Counted from the first letter of the stretch, positions 1-10,923 are shown. The stretch is 64,000 nucleotides of DNA from a virus (IMGVR_UViG_3300030107_004732:1-64000), one strand, 5' to 3'. Program-made: numbers and translations. Notes: generated from the letters alone by a model not told the origin.

Positions 1-92
1 GTACTATCTGAACTTTTAAATATTGCTACTGTATCAGATGTACTTGAATCAACGTGTAATTTTACTGAAGGACTTGTAGTACCTATACCTAC
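1..92. repeat. 92-bp exact direct repeat, copy 1 (copy 2 at 55336-55427)
   Basis: gtactatctgaacttttaaat...gtagtacctatacctac is identical at both places (offset 55335); the sequences diverge at base 93/55428. Confidence 0.95.
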
Positions 93-3000
93 TCTATTAT
101 TATCGCCTTCTACTACTAAAGTATCAGTATCAACAATAAAATCATCTCCTGCATCTGTTCCAAGAGTCACATTAATACTTGTTCCTGCATCTGAACTAAT
201 ACTATCTAATGCTATATCACCTACATTAGTAATATCATTGTCTTCAAAAGAAGCAGTACCACTACTACTTATATTAAATCTTGATGTATCACTATCAGTT
301 AAATCTCTAATATTAAAACCATTACTTCTACTACTAACCTCAAATGCTCTTTGTGTAGTTTTTAATGTTAATACTGCACCACTTGTAGTTGAAGATTCTA
401 TACCAATACCTTGACCACCCCAACCTGTTCCTTTTGCGTGAACTTTATAGTTAGGTGTAGGGTCTGTACCTATTCCTAATCTTGAATTGGAAGCATCAAA
501 CGTAAACTCAGCATTAGTATGAGGTGCTAAAGTACCTGTTGCTGTATCAACAAATAAAGGGAAACAAGTTGAATCACTATCTTCATCTGTTACTGCTAAA
601 TTGCTTGTAACAGGAAAATTATCAGTATGTGTTTGGTGTACAGTAGTACCAAAATCTGTAACAAAAGTTATATCCCAATCATCTGTATAATCATCTATAT
701 CTGAACCACCACCAATTTGCACATCTCTAACTGTTATTTGTGGATAAGACCAAGTAGAATCTACTGCTCCAATAGCAACAAACCAATCCGTATCATCGTG
801 TCCATAACTTACTGTAAAATCTCTATCTTGTTTTTTAGCAAATATCATAGCTGTTTCTGATACCCATTCGTGATCTTCAGTAGCAGTTGATTCACTACCA
901 GGCTCATTCTTATACATATATCCTTGTATATAAGCACTAAATGATTCATCTGTTGCATAATCAGTTACATCTACCCACATACTAATCCAGTCAGTTGCAT
1001 CACCTGTACCGCGAGGTATATGGATTTTTATTGCTCCTGTTACAGCATTTGTAGATGTTCTATACATACCTTTAGGTGGGATTAGTATACTACCACCAAA
1101 TCCTGTTGATGTACCTGTAGGACTTCCAAGATTTTCTACAAATATTCCACCTTCTTTACGAAGCATTAAACTACCGTTAAATGTAGCAGTATCATCAGAC
1201 TGGGTGCCTATAACAAAATCTCCTCCTAAGTCTGTATTTAATGCAGTTGCTAAATCAGCTCCACCTGAAGCCATTAAAACATTACTACCTTCTACTGAAA
1301 TTTTACCTGATGAAACTCTTGCTAATGTAGTATCAGAAGCGTGACCTAAATTTACAGCACCACTAACACCTAGATTACCTGAAGTGTCAAGTGTCATACT
1401 TTGACTACCTGCAATCTTCCATTCATAACCAAGCCAACCTGTGCTATGGGTAGAATCCCAACCTACATACTTAGTATCATCATCTACATAGTATTTACTT
1501 CTAATGTTATTAGTACCCTCACCTGCATACAATATGTAGGCAATTTCGTGGTCATTTGTAGAACTTGATAATTGTATTGCTTTGTCAGGAGTTGTTCCAA
1601 AAGATGCAGTAACATCATCTCCAACGTGTAATAAATGGTTAGGTCCTGTGTTTCCTATACCTACAAATCCATTTGTATCTAAAGTAACTAAACTATCGGT
1701 TCCACCAGCGCCAAAGTACAATTTTTTTGTTGAAGCTGCCTTGATATACATATTTCCAGCACTTGTAATGTTTGTATTATTTGTCCCATTGAAATTAAGT
1801 TCTGTAGCAGAATCATTTGTAATGTTTATACCACTACCTGATAAGTTTAATTTACCTGCATTTATAGTTGCATCTGAAGGGTTATAAGTAAAGTTACCAT
1901 CTGATTCTAAACCTAAATTACCACCATCTGTATCTGCACCTGCTGCAAATATAATAGCATTGTCTTCATCTGTGCTTTCATTATCTGTAATAGTTACTGT
2001 TGTAGCTATTGCTGCTGTACCTGTAGTGTCTTGGTTAAGAGTAGCTATATTGCCAGCAGGTATAGTATCTAATGCTGTAAATATTTGTTTAAAGTCTCCC
2101 CAATCACTTGTAGCTGAATCTCCTGGGTCTCCTGTTCTCCAAAATATACCACCATTTGTTGTTGAAGAAGCATCTGCGTGAAAAAATAATTGATGAGTAG
2201 CATCTCCTGAAGAATCTCCCCAAGGAGCAATAGTCATTAAACCACCATAAGTAGCATTTGAAACACTAGGACCACCAATAGAACTTGATTGTTTAAATTC
2301 AAATCTAACTTCTTTATTAAATATATCAGGAGCATCATACGTGCTTCTTGTGTCTTTCATTGTAATTCTTGCATCAGCAATAGTAGTAGTTCCTGTAAAT
2401 GTCTTATTTCCACTAAATGTCTGTGTGCCTGATAAATGTGCTGTATCTGAATCAAGGTAAGCACTTGCTATTGCAGTTCCTTGCCAAGTACCTGATGATA
2501 TTGTCCCTACACTTGTAAGTGATGAATTAACTACGCCACTACCTAATGTAGTAGCACTTAATACTGAAGTATTATCTATTCTATATTCGTGTCCACTTGT
2601 TAAATTAAGGATTCCATACCCTGTCATATTTCTATTAAAGTCTTGAACAAGTGCATTTCTGTTTGAGTTTGCACTTGAATAAGAAGATATGATACCTATG
2701 TTTTTAAGTCCAATAGTTTTACTTGTATCTGCATATTCAGGAAAAGTTACTGTAACTCTTATATGTTTTTCTGCATTGTGCATACCTGTTGAGTAATACA
2801 TAGCCAATCCAAAACCATTCCATATTCCTGTTGTATGCCAATTAGTAGTTATTCCACTATTAGTAGTCCAATCATTATTGGTATCATCACTTGCATCAAA
2901 ACTACCATCTAATCTTTCTACTACCATTGTAGGTGTTAAACTTCCACCTCCTGAAGCACTTGTTGTCCAAGTTCCAATAGAACTCCAAGTATTTTCTATA

Positions 3001-5204
3001 TAAAATAAATGGTCATCTGCCCAAGTAGATTCTCTTTCTATAACAAATCTAAACTTTCTTTTAGTATTAGTTAACGAATGAGAAGTAGACCTTCTACCAT
3101 CTAACAATTTTTGTAAATCTCCAACATTACTACTATCATCTACCCAAGCACTTGATGAATAATCCCAATATTCAAATGTAATAGGTGTTTGAAATCTTAT
3201 CAAATCTGTTTGTGAGCCATTAATAAACAAAGGCATAAACATATCACCTAATGGACTAAAATAACCATGAGCATTCTCAAACTCTAAACCTCTTTGAGGC
3301 ATGTTCATTCTACCATTATTACCTATTTTAAGATTGTAAGTAGATTGAGCACCTTCGCCTATTGTAACTGTTCTAGCGCTTGAATCAAGATGTAGTATAC
3401 TTTCAGCACTACTATTATGCCATTGAAAATCTATATTAGCATCAGATGATTTTGTAAGAAAAGTATTACTTGTTAACCCTGCATCTACATAGTCAGTACC
3501 ACTATCATCACTAAATCTAACTTGAGGCCACGCTCTATAAAATCTTGTTGATGCAGCATGGGTTACTCTATTGTTACTTCTATCCCATACAGTCATATCA
3601 GATTGATTGTTACTATCTACTGATAAAGTATTAGCATTACCATCATGGCTAAATTGAAAAAAGTTATTTCCATCTTCTTGTTCTGCAAACCTTAAATTAC
3701 CTGCAGAAGAAGGATTACTGCCTGGTCCTGTTATCCATAAATTAGCTGTTCCACTTGCAGAGTGTAAATGTAAATCTGCGTCAGGAGTTGAAGTGCCTAT
3801 ACCTACCCTTTCATTAGTACCATCAAATGTAACATAATTAGTAGTGCCACAAGCTATAACTAAATTATCATCAGGTCTTAAATACATATCTTCATCTGAT
3901 TCTATATATAAATCTTCAGGGTTATCAGAGTTAGTATATATTGAAGTATCTGCACTATCAAACTGTATTTTTTTCTCACCTGGTATATATAAATCCCCTG
4001 TAAATACTGCATCTCCATCATTTTCTATTCTAAATAATTCAGTAGCAGTAGAATCTGTTCCTGCTTTTAATACTTCAAATTGTCCTGTTCCATTACCATT
4101 ACCATCTACTATTAAAGCTACATTTGTTACACTACTTATTAATGTTTGATTTTCAGGACTTCCATCATCATTATCAAATTCTATAAAGTTATTAGTGCCT
4201 GTTGTATCACTTTTAATTTTATTATCAGCAGCAATTATTAAATCACCTGTCATAGTACCGCCTGCTAATGGCAGTTTAGTTGCTATACTATTAGTAACTG
4301 TAGTAGAAAAACTAGCATCATCATTAAGCGCAGCAGCGAGTTCGTTAAGTGTGTCTAAAGCGCCTGGTGCAGAATCTACAAGCCCTGATATTTCTGTATC
4401 TACATATGCTTTAACTGATTGTTGTGTAGGTATTTTAGTAGCACTATTAGAAGCCATATTGTCTTCATCTACTAAAGTAGCTCCATCTACCATATCTGCA
4501 TTTAAATTTGCAACTTTAACTGTAGAAGCTACCGTAAAAGGAGCTGATCCAGAAACAGTAGTAGCATCAGATTGAAAAGTTTGTGCTCTAAATTCATAAG
4601 CACCTATATCAGTATTAGCAGCAACACCTTCAACTATAGCTTTATTTTGAGCTGCAGAAGTGGTTAAAGTACCGCTTGATATATTAAGAGTTCCTGAAGG
4701 ATTTAAATCTACAAAATTACTAGCATGTATATTACTACTACCTTGATCACTAGTCCAATCTAATATTTCAGCACTAGTTATGCCTAAATCAGTTAAAACG
4801 TCTGCAACAGGTTTCCATTGCAATCTGTTACTAGCACCAACAGCTAAATACATTCCTGCACTACTATAACCTGTTGGAGGTAAAGTATATTCTATACTTT
4901 GGGTAGCAGCATCAGAATTTTTAAATGAACTAAAATACTTATTTGAACTGTTAAAAAGTTTTAATTCGCTTTGATTTTTTAAAGTTAAAGAATCAGTTAT
5001 TTCTAATGATGATTTAACGCTTGTATTAAAAGCGCCCTTTTTTTCAGCTTCAGAAAAAGGATACCATTCATCATTAAATTTACCATATAATATTAGCCCT
5101 TTAGGAGTTAAAAATAGCTCAATATCTCCATTTCTTCCTTCAGAGTTAGAAGGTAATCCAATATTAGGGCGTTTCCTATCTCTTTTCCTTGGATCAAAAA
5201 CCAT
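1..5204 (-). CDS. Tail fibre protein, version A (runs off the left edge, >1730 aa; absent from the ORF track)
   Basis: ATG at 5204 overlaps the upstream stop (TAATG) and reads MVFDPRKRDRKRPNIGLPSNSEGRNGDIELF. Contains repeated VGIGTTSP/LHV fibre motifs and APGALDTLNELAAALNDD. Shares blocks with 54819-58853. Confidence 0.88.
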   Translation of the reverse strand, partial: MVFDPRKRDRKRPNIGLPSNSEGRNGDIELFLTPKGLILYGKFNDEWYPFSEAEKKGAFNTSVKSSLEITDSLTLKNQSELKLFNSSNKYFSSFKNSDAATQSIEYTLPPTGYSSAGMYLAVGASNRLQWKPVADVLTDLGITSAEILDWTSDQGSSNIHASNFVDLNPSGTLNISSGTLTTSAAQNKAIVEGVAANTDIGAYEFRAQTFQSDATTVSGSAPFTVASTVKVANLNADMVDGATLVDEDNMASNSATKIPTQQSVKAYVDTEISGLVDSAPGALDTLNELAAALNDDASFSTTVTNSIATKLPLAGGTMTGDLIIAADNKIKSDTTGTNNFIEFDNDDGSPENQTLISSVTNVALIVDGNGNGTGQFEVLKAGTDSTATELFRIENDGDAVFTGDLYIPGEKKIQFDSADTSIYTNSDNPEDLYIESDEDMYLRPDDNLVIACGTTNYVTFDGTNERVGIGTSTPDADLHLHSASGTANLWITGPGSNPSSAGNLRFAEQEDGNNFFQFSHDGNANTLSVDSNNQSDMTVWDRSNNRVTHAASTRFYRAWPQVRFSDDSGTDYVDAGLTSNTFLTKSSDANIDFQWHNSSAESILHLDSSARTVTIGEGAQSTYNLKIGNNGRMNMPQRGLEFENAHGYFSPLGDMFMPLFINGSQTDLIRFQTPITFEYWDYSSSAWVDDSSNVGDLQKLLDGRRSTSHSLTNTKRKFRFVIERESTWADDHLFYIENTWSSIGTWTTSASGGGSLTPTMVVERLDGSFDASDDTNNDWTTNSGITTNWHTTGIWNGFGLAMYYSTGMHNAEKHIRVTVTFPEYADTSKTIGLKNIGIISSYSSANSNRNALVQDFNRNMTGYGILNLTSGHEYRIDNTSVLSATTLGSGVVNSSLTSVGTISSGTWQGTAIASAYLDSDTAHLSGTQTFSGNKTFTGTTTIADARITMKDTRSTYDAPDIFNKEVRFEFKQSSSIGGPSVSNATYGGLMTIAPWGDSSGDATHQLFFHADASSTTNGGIFWRTGDPGDSATSDWGDFKQIFTALDTIPAGNIATLNQDTTGTAAIATTVTITDNESTDEDNAIIFAAGADTDGGNLGLESDGNFTYNPSDATINAGKLNLSGSGINITNDSATELNFNGTNNTNITSAGNMYIKAASTKKLYFGAGGTDSLVTLDTNGFVGIGNTGPNHLLHVGDDVTASFGTTPDKAIQLSSSTNDHEIAYILYAGEGTNNIRSKYYVDDDTKYVGWDSTHSTGWLGYEWKIAGSQSMTLDTSGNLGVSGAVNLGHASDTTLARVSSGKISVEGSNVLMASGGADLATALNTDLGGDFVIGTQSDDTATFNGSLMLRKEGGIFVENLGSPTGTSTGFGGSILIPPKGMYRTSTNAVTGAIKIHIPRGTGDATDWISMWVDVTDYATDESFSAYIQGYMYKNEPGSESTATEDHEWVSETAMIFAKKQDRDFTVSYGHDDTDWFVAIGAVDSTWSYPQITVRDVQIGGGSDIDDYTDDWDITFVTDFGTTVHQTHTDNFPVTSNLAVTDEDSDSTCFPLFVDTATGTLAPHTNAEFTFDASNSRLGIGTDPTPNYKVHAKGTGWGGQGIGIESSTTSGAVLTLKTTQRAFEVSSRSNGFNIRDLTDSDTSRFNISSSGTASFEDNDITNVGDIALDSISSDAGTSINVTLGTDAGDDFIVDTDTLVVEGDNNRVGIGTTSPSVKLHVDSSTSDTVAIFKSSDS

Positions 5205-8200
5205 TACCTTATACTCTTAACCCTATAAACTAAACTTATATCATTAACTACTAAAGAATATATCGGATTAACTGATTCTAATTTTATAGCAATAGAATAG
5301 ATACTATTAGTTGTTCCAGAGGTAAAATTAAATTCTTCTCTAGCAAATGTCTGGGTTTGAGAGTCTAATATATTATCTCCGTCATCTTTTATGGTTGCTA
5401 AGGTCCATCCAATTTCCTGGTTTACTTTATAATATATTTTTACACTTCCAGTTCCTTTGTATGTAATATACCCTCTATAAACTTTCTTTCTAACATTAGG
5501 TTGACCAAAATCAAAATCTTTTGATACCCATTTAGCGCTTTGAGATGTAGAAGTAGACCCATTAGACCATGTGTATAATTTACCAGAACTAATACTAATA
5601 TTATCTGTAACTATATCTATCTCTTCAAGATTATCAATAGCTACTGGTAAAGGTTTGAGAGTAAAATAAGTATTTAACCCTGATGATATAGCTGATCCAA
5701 TTTCAAAATATTCATCTAAAAATACTTTTTTTCCATATTGATCAGTCATAGGGTTAGATTCTAAAAATTCTCTTATATTCTTAGTTAAAGCTTCTGCATT
5801 AGTAGCATCTGTGGCCGTACAATCATCTCCATAACTAAAACCAGTACCAACTCTATTTTTATCGTATTTAGAATGCTCGCCAGTAACGTAAGTAGCACTT
5901 AAGTAAATATTTTGAGAAGCTACATCATCGTTTCTTGAAAGTAATGAAATCTTAATATTGTAAGAAACACCTTTATCTGTTTCTGAATTTCTTCTTGGAA
6001 TAAAATAATAAGTCGCATCATTAAAGTTAACACCATAAGTAGTCCCCACATTAGAAAAATTTGTAATATTTCCATGATGTATACCTGAACCATCTGTATT
6101 ATTAGTTGTGCTAAATGCTAAAGTTGAAGTTCCAAAATTTGAACCATTACCAGAAGATAAATCTTGAGCTGTACCGCCGTAAGCAGAACCTTTTTTTCTT
6201 GATCTCCATCTTATAGTAAAAAATTCAGAATCAGGATCATATGTTGTAGTAACATTAAAATTAGAATTAACGGAAAACTTTTTATTAAATTGAGCAACAG
6301 TTGATTCAGAAGCGGTTAATTTATCTTGCCAAGTTGTTCCTCTAGTAGTAATTTCTTCAGTATTTATACAAACCCATCCGCTACTATTTCTAATAAGTAA
6401 ATAATGCAAATTATCACCTGGTCTACCTATTTGTCCAGCACTATCAGTGTTTGCAAGTTTAAATTGAGCCCAACCTTCAGCTTTTCTGGGCTGATTATAT
6501 GTATCATCTTGATAGAACTCAAAATCTTCGTTATTTTGCCCTAAAACAGTACCAGTAGCATAAAGTTTATTATTAATAACTAACCCATTACTAAAATAAT
6601 CAACACTATCTTCAGCGGGATCAGTCTTAAAAAAAATACTGCCATTTTCAATTTGTAATAACAAAACATTATTAGCTTTATTTATACCATTAGGATTAGC
6701 GCAATGTATTAATAATTGCTGTTTTTCAGGATCAAAACTAATATGAGCACCATTACAATAATGTTTTTTCCAAGTTTCTAGACCTAGAGTATCTTTAAGA
6801 ATATCTAAAAGTTCACCTTCTTTAGAATAAGCATAAATACCTCTTTCGTTTAGCCAAAATATATACTCTGGAGTTTGAGTTACCATGACTGGATTCAATA
6901 CCCCTAATCCTTTGTGTGTGTTTTCTAAAAATTCAAATTCACCAGAAGCGTCAACTATAAACAAATCATCATGTTTAAATACTAATAGTTTTTGCCCAAA
7001 ACCAATAAGTTTTACTATATCTTGTCCATCTTCTGTAACAACATCTAAAAAATTAGTAATAGGCAATATATCGAACTTGTTTACTGGAGATACTAAAATC
7101 CTATCAGGTTTATGTGTTATTTTTTGCTCACCATCTACTTCTCTTATTTTATTAATTGGGAAATCAAAATAGGAAACATTACCTGCATATAATCTTCTAT
7201 TTACAATTGCACTAGTTGTATACCATGCTTGAGTAACTGTTTTATGACTATATCCATTTTTTACTTTATATGTAATATTAGGTACTGTTTTTATATGAGA
7301 TATTGTTTGACCAACTAAAGACCCAGCAGCACTATTAGCAGCATTATCTTCTCTGTTCCAACCATCTCCTTCTACACCATCATGTGATATTGCTTTTTTA
7401 TTGTGCTCAAAATCAAATGTAGCAAGCCAATAAGGATCATCAAACATACCTGTGTTATCTCCAGTAAACCAAATATTTATTCCTACAATTCTAGGGTTAT
7501 ATGAAAGTCTATTAGAATATCCTGAATTTAATGATTTTCCTCTCCATTCTCCAACTGCCCAAGATCCAATAAGTCCATAAGGATCAGAAGTTACATCTGG
7601 AATTATACCACAATCATCTATTTGAGGTTCGTCTAAGGGTAAACTATTAGGTGTGCCTCTATTTAAAACTATACTTAAATTTAATGCAGTATTATCTGCA
7701 ACCTCACCATCATCACCATCAACTCCGTCAGCATATACCCAATTTTCTAATTGAGCACTACTATTATTTACTCCAAAAGTCCATTGTCCAGATCCACTAG
7801 TTTGATGAAATCCTGCTTCTAATGGATTTATTGTTGATTCTAATTGTCTTGTAAATTCTATATTATCATACACATAAGATACTCCTAGAGCTATTTTTTG
7901 ATGATCTCCAGTTTTAAATTGCCAATCTCCAGGGATTTGATTACTTGTGTTGCCAGTTCCTATAGCAACAGCAAATCTATGTGGATAAACTGACATATAT
8001 CTTTTATCATCTCTAGAGCCACCAAAAAAATCAGTACTTGTAACAGCTGTAGGTTCAGTCCTCAAAAATCCTGCTGCCGCATCTCTATTTGTATAAGAGC
8101 CACTATTAACTGGCGCTGTACTACTATTTGTAAATGCTTCGTTTACATTTCCAAAATCAGCATCGTATTCTGGGTTCCCACTATTACTTTCTACTTTATA

Positions 8201-9250
8201 TTCTACAGGAGATAATATGTGGCTTCTTAAAGGATACCATCCTTCTGTTATTCTATGTGCGCCTTTATCTATAACGTTCGCACTAGCATGTGTTGTAAAA
8301 TCTAAATTTGTATCATTATAAAAATTAATCTTATGTTTAAAATGTATAAAACTTACAGGTCTTCTACAATGACCATAAAGCCATTTCTCGCCTGGTTTAA
8401 GTAAAACTCTAAAATTACCATTATCATAATAAGCATCAACAGCAGGCGTATTAAAATAGTCTGAAGATGTAGTTATATGAGAATTTCCTGTTTGTCTCCA
8501 ATCCCATAAATGCTCAATATCAAAAAGCCATGGATCATCATGAAAACATCCAGGATGGTCATTTCTATCTATTTCTCCGTAAAATCCAGCTCCATATGTA
8601 CCTGCATTATAAAATCCAAACATACCTGCATCATGACTTTTAATAACATATATATTATTAGACGGGCTTGTTTCTGCTGGAGCAAATTCAGATCCTATTA
8701 CTCCAGATGCATCGTATGTAGCTTCTATAGCTAAAAGGGCATAATCTTTTGCAGCATCATTAGTAATATCTAATGAATCTTTTACTTTGAATTGAGTATC
8801 AGAAACTTTTTCTATTCTACAAGAAATATTCATTGCAGATGCAATAGGTCTAACTTTTGTTACTCTTATGCCTGTAGTTAATCCATGGTTAATTGTTTCT
8901 AAACCACTTCCATCAGTTGCAGTAAAACTACTAAGACCAACTCCTTCTACTGTTGTAAAACCACCAGCACTACTAATAAATTTAACTACTAAAAATCTTC
9001 TAAAAGCATATTCTGGTTGAATAGCCCAAGTAGTATGAATCCCCACGGATAAATACTCACTATCATATCCTCCTTCGTTTTCTGATAATCCTGGAGCTGT
9101 TACAAAAGAAGATTGAAGAGAAAGTTCACCAGGATTAATACTTACAAATCCTTGAGAATCTTGACATTCATTATTTTCAAGATCTCTGGGGTTTTTGTTT
9201 TTTACAATCCCCCCAGAAAAATCTTCTATATTTAATGTAGCCTTAGGCAT
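5204..9250 (-). CDS. Tail stabilisation/nozzle protein (P22 gp10 / T7 gp12-like), version A, 1348 aa
   Basis: N-terminal EDFSGGI...NPRDL, propeller-like VNRRLYAGNV / RILVSPVNKFD / DGQDIVKL segments, C-terminal SKDFDFGQPNVRKK. Located between lysis genes and tail fibre. Confidence 0.7.
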   Translation of the reverse strand: MPKATLNIEDFSGGIVKNKNPRDLENNECQDSQGFVSINPGELSLQSSFVTAPGLSENEGGYDSEYLSVGIHTTWAIQPEYAFRRFLVVKFISSAGGFTTVEGVGLSSFTATDGSGLETINHGLTTGIRVTKVRPIASAMNISCRIEKVSDTQFKVKDSLDITNDAAKDYALLAIEATYDASGVIGSEFAPAETSPSNNIYVIKSHDAGMFGFYNAGTYGAGFYGEIDRNDHPGCFHDDPWLFDIEHLWDWRQTGNSHITTSSDYFNTPAVDAYYDNGNFRVLLKPGEKWLYGHCRRPVSFIHFKHKINFYNDTNLDFTTHASANVIDKGAHRITEGWYPLRSHILSPVEYKVESNSGNPEYDADFGNVNEAFTNSSTAPVNSGSYTNRDAAAGFLRTEPTAVTSTDFFGGSRDDKRYMSVYPHRFAVAIGTGNTSNQIPGDWQFKTGDHQKIALGVSYVYDNIEFTRQLESTINPLEAGFHQTSGSGQWTFGVNNSSAQLENWVYADGVDGDDGEVADNTALNLSIVLNRGTPNSLPLDEPQIDDCGIIPDVTSDPYGLIGSWAVGEWRGKSLNSGYSNRLSYNPRIVGINIWFTGDNTGMFDDPYWLATFDFEHNKKAISHDGVEGDGWNREDNAANSAAGSLVGQTISHIKTVPNITYKVKNGYSHKTVTQAWYTTSAIVNRRLYAGNVSYFDFPINKIREVDGEQKITHKPDRILVSPVNKFDILPITNFLDVVTEDGQDIVKLIGFGQKLLVFKHDDLFIVDASGEFEFLENTHKGLGVLNPVMVTQTPEYIFWLNERGIYAYSKEGELLDILKDTLGLETWKKHYCNGAHISFDPEKQQLLIHCANPNGINKANNVLLLQIENGSIFFKTDPAEDSVDYFSNGLVINNKLYATGTVLGQNNEDFEFYQDDTYNQPRKAEGWAQFKLANTDSAGQIGRPGDNLHYLLIRNSSGWVCINTEEITTRGTTWQDKLTASESTVAQFNKKFSVNSNFNVTTTYDPDSEFFTIRWRSRKKGSAYGGTAQDLSSGNGSNFGTSTLAFSTTNNTDGSGIHHGNITNFSNVGTTYGVNFNDATYYFIPRRNSETDKGVSYNIKISLLSRNDDVASQNIYLSATYVTGEHSKYDKNRVGTGFSYGDDCTATDATNAEALTKNIREFLESNPMTDQYGKKVFLDEYFEIGSAISSGLNTYFTLKPLPVAIDNLEEIDIVTDNISISSGKLYTWSNGSTSTSQSAKWVSKDFDFGQPNVRKKVYRGYITYKGTGSVKIYYKVNQEIGWTLATIKDDGDNILDSQTQTFAREEFNFTSGTTNSIYSIAIKLESVNPIYSLVVNDISLVYRVKSIR

Positions 9251-9429
9251 TATTTTAAAATAGCTTTCTTAATTACTTCCTCAACAGAATCATAAACAGC
9301 ATCTAGTATTTTACCTTCTGTCTTTTCTGAAATAAAAGGTATATCTACATTGTCATTTAATTCTTTAACAATTTTTTCTTTCATTTCATCATTAAAAATG
9401 TAATCTACTATCATTTGTTTTATATCCAT
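9250..9429 (-). CDS. Small conserved hypothetical protein, 59 aa (MDIKQMIVDYIFNDEMKEKIVKELNDNVDIPFISEKTEG...)
   Basis: TAATG-coupled at both ends; close homologue at 62601-62780. Confidence 0.85.
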   Translation of the reverse strand: MDIKQMIVDYIFNDEMKEKIVKELNDNVDIPFISEKTEGKILDAVYDSVEEVIKKAILK

Positions 9430-9680
9430 TATTTTCTCCTTTTAACTTTTGTAGGTTTGTTTTTCTTTTTAGCAGGCGGTCTGCCTCTTTTTTTGCCGTA
9501 TGTACCTTTACCGTATGGCATTGTTTTCTCACTTTCTAGAGTTTTTATTCTCTTTTCTAAGTTTTTTACTTTTACGTCTAATTCATTATCATCAAATACA
9601 TAAGACATTATTTTATCTAATTTAAAATGTTTTGCTAATTTGTTAGCAACAGCATTTATAACCATTTTAGTTAATATCAT
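9429..9680 (-). CDS. Coiled-coil protein with fused basic AT-hook-like tail (KKRGRPP)
   Basis: Start moved to 9680 (MILTKMVINAVA) by comparison with the homologue at 62901-63113 and an ATGA overlap. Confidence 0.75.
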   Translation of the reverse strand: MILTKMVINAVANKLAKHFKLDKIMSYVFDDNELDVKVKNLEKRIKTLESEKTMPYGKGTYGKKRGRPPAKKKNKPTKVKRRK

Positions 9681-9820
9681 ATTATACTCCATAGTTTTTT
9701 AAAAATTAACACACAGCATACTATAAACACTACACTTATTACATCAACAAAATGGTTTCCGCTATCACTTTCAATAGAGCCTATTGGTGTTTCTATTTTT
9801 ACTTTTTTAGTTTCATTCAT
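9677..9820 (-). CDS. Small membrane protein, 47 aa (MNETKKVKIETPIGSIESDSGNHFVDVISVVFIVCCVLIFKKLWSII)
   Basis: Fills the gap exactly, overlapping both neighbours; one hydrophobic helix. Confidence 0.65.
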   Translation of the reverse strand: MNETKKVKIETPIGSIESDSGNHFVDVISVVFIVCCVLIFKKLWSII

Positions 9821-10121
9821 CAGACATACCACCTTTTTCCATCATTCTTAAAAATTTGTCTTTTAGACCATTTCCACTTAATCTAGCAATAATTTCTACT
9901 TGTGCCTTAAATATACCGTTTAATTTCTTTTGTTCCATTTGCACTAATTTTTGTTGATCTATTAATTTAATAATAATACCTTCCAACCTCTTGAAATCTT
10001 GGTCTAGTTCGTTCATAAGAGTAGATTGGATGAACCGATTTTGTTTCCAAATAAAAAAGCCGAACGCCATCGCTACCGCCACAGGTATTCCAAATTGTTC
10101 CAATATTGTAAGTATGTCCAT
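9813..10121 (-). CDS. Holin-like membrane protein (N-terminal TM helix plus coiled coil)
   Basis: Hydrophobic FGIPVAVAMAFGFFIW; located in the lysis region. Confidence 0.5.
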   Translation of the reverse strand: MDILTILEQFGIPVAVAMAFGFFIWKQNRFIQSTLMNELDQDFKRLEGIIIKLIDQQKLVQMEQKKLNGIFKAQVEIIARLSGNGLKDKFLRMMEKGGMSDE

Positions 10122-10906
10122 TACTTTCCTTTTTTGTTACCATCTATCAGTTCCCCCCACAATGATGTTTTCCCGTTAATAATTTGAATAATATGCACAG
10201 TAAATAATCCTCTCGCATAAAAATCAACTATTGCAAATGCATGTGCCCAATTTATTGGTCTTCCACCAAGCCAAGAGTTTGCTTCTTCCTTCATATTTTT
10301 TAAACATCCAATACTCCAAGCAGACTTAGGTCCATCCATGTGAGTGGCAGACATTTGTTGCAAATCATGCCAATGTCCATACATTACATTACATCCAAGT
10401 TTTCTAAGATGATTAGCAGTATGGTATTGACCACCATATTGATGGCCATGATAAAAGTAAAGTTTTCCCATACGAAGTTTTTTGCCCATCGGGTAGTATT
10501 TATAGCCTCGTTCATTAAGCTTGACAGCATTAGGAAATTTATACTGAGGAATATAGGGGTATTTTTCAACTGCAAAATTAAGCCAATTATCATGATTACC
10601 TTCAGTAATATACTTTTCTTTACAATTTGCTTTATCCAAAGACTCGTCAATCTGATCCATCCCTGCGTTAACATCTTTTACATCCTTATCAAAATCATCT
10701 ATTAAATATTCTAATGGTGGAGCTTTTCTTCTTTTAAATCTCCAAGCACTAAATGCGTGCCATTCTCCAACATCACCTATATCTACATAAGCATCAGGTT
10801 TTACTATTTCAATTGTTTTCTTTAAACAATTAATAGCAGGTTGGTCATGTAATGGAAAATGTTTGTCTGGAGTTACAATAACTCTTTTTACAACACCTTT
10901 ATCCAT
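10121..10906 (-). CDS. Calcineurin-like metallophosphoesterase, version A
   Basis: Motifs PDKHFP, IGDVGE, EGNHD, HGH, GHWH. Confidence 0.9.
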   Translation of the reverse strand: MDKGVVKRVIVTPDKHFPLHDQPAINCLKKTIEIVKPDAYVDIGDVGEWHAFSAWRFKRRKAPPLEYLIDDFDKDVKDVNAGMDQIDESLDKANCKEKYITEGNHDNWLNFAVEKYPYIPQYKFPNAVKLNERGYKYYPMGKKLRMGKLYFYHGHQYGGQYHTANHLRKLGCNVMYGHWHDLQQMSATHMDGPKSAWSIGCLKNMKEEANSWLGGRPINWAHAFAIVDFYARGLFTVHIIQIINGKTSLWGELIDGNKKGK

Positions 10907-10923
10907 AGCTTCCCCTTTCTTTT

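Noticed and set aside
1582-4575. Plus-strand ORFs in the ORF track (also 54970-58227 and other antisense ORFs over large genes)
   Set aside because: They are antisense shadows of the minus-strand genes, lack RBSs, and recur only because the underlying fibre DNA is repeated.
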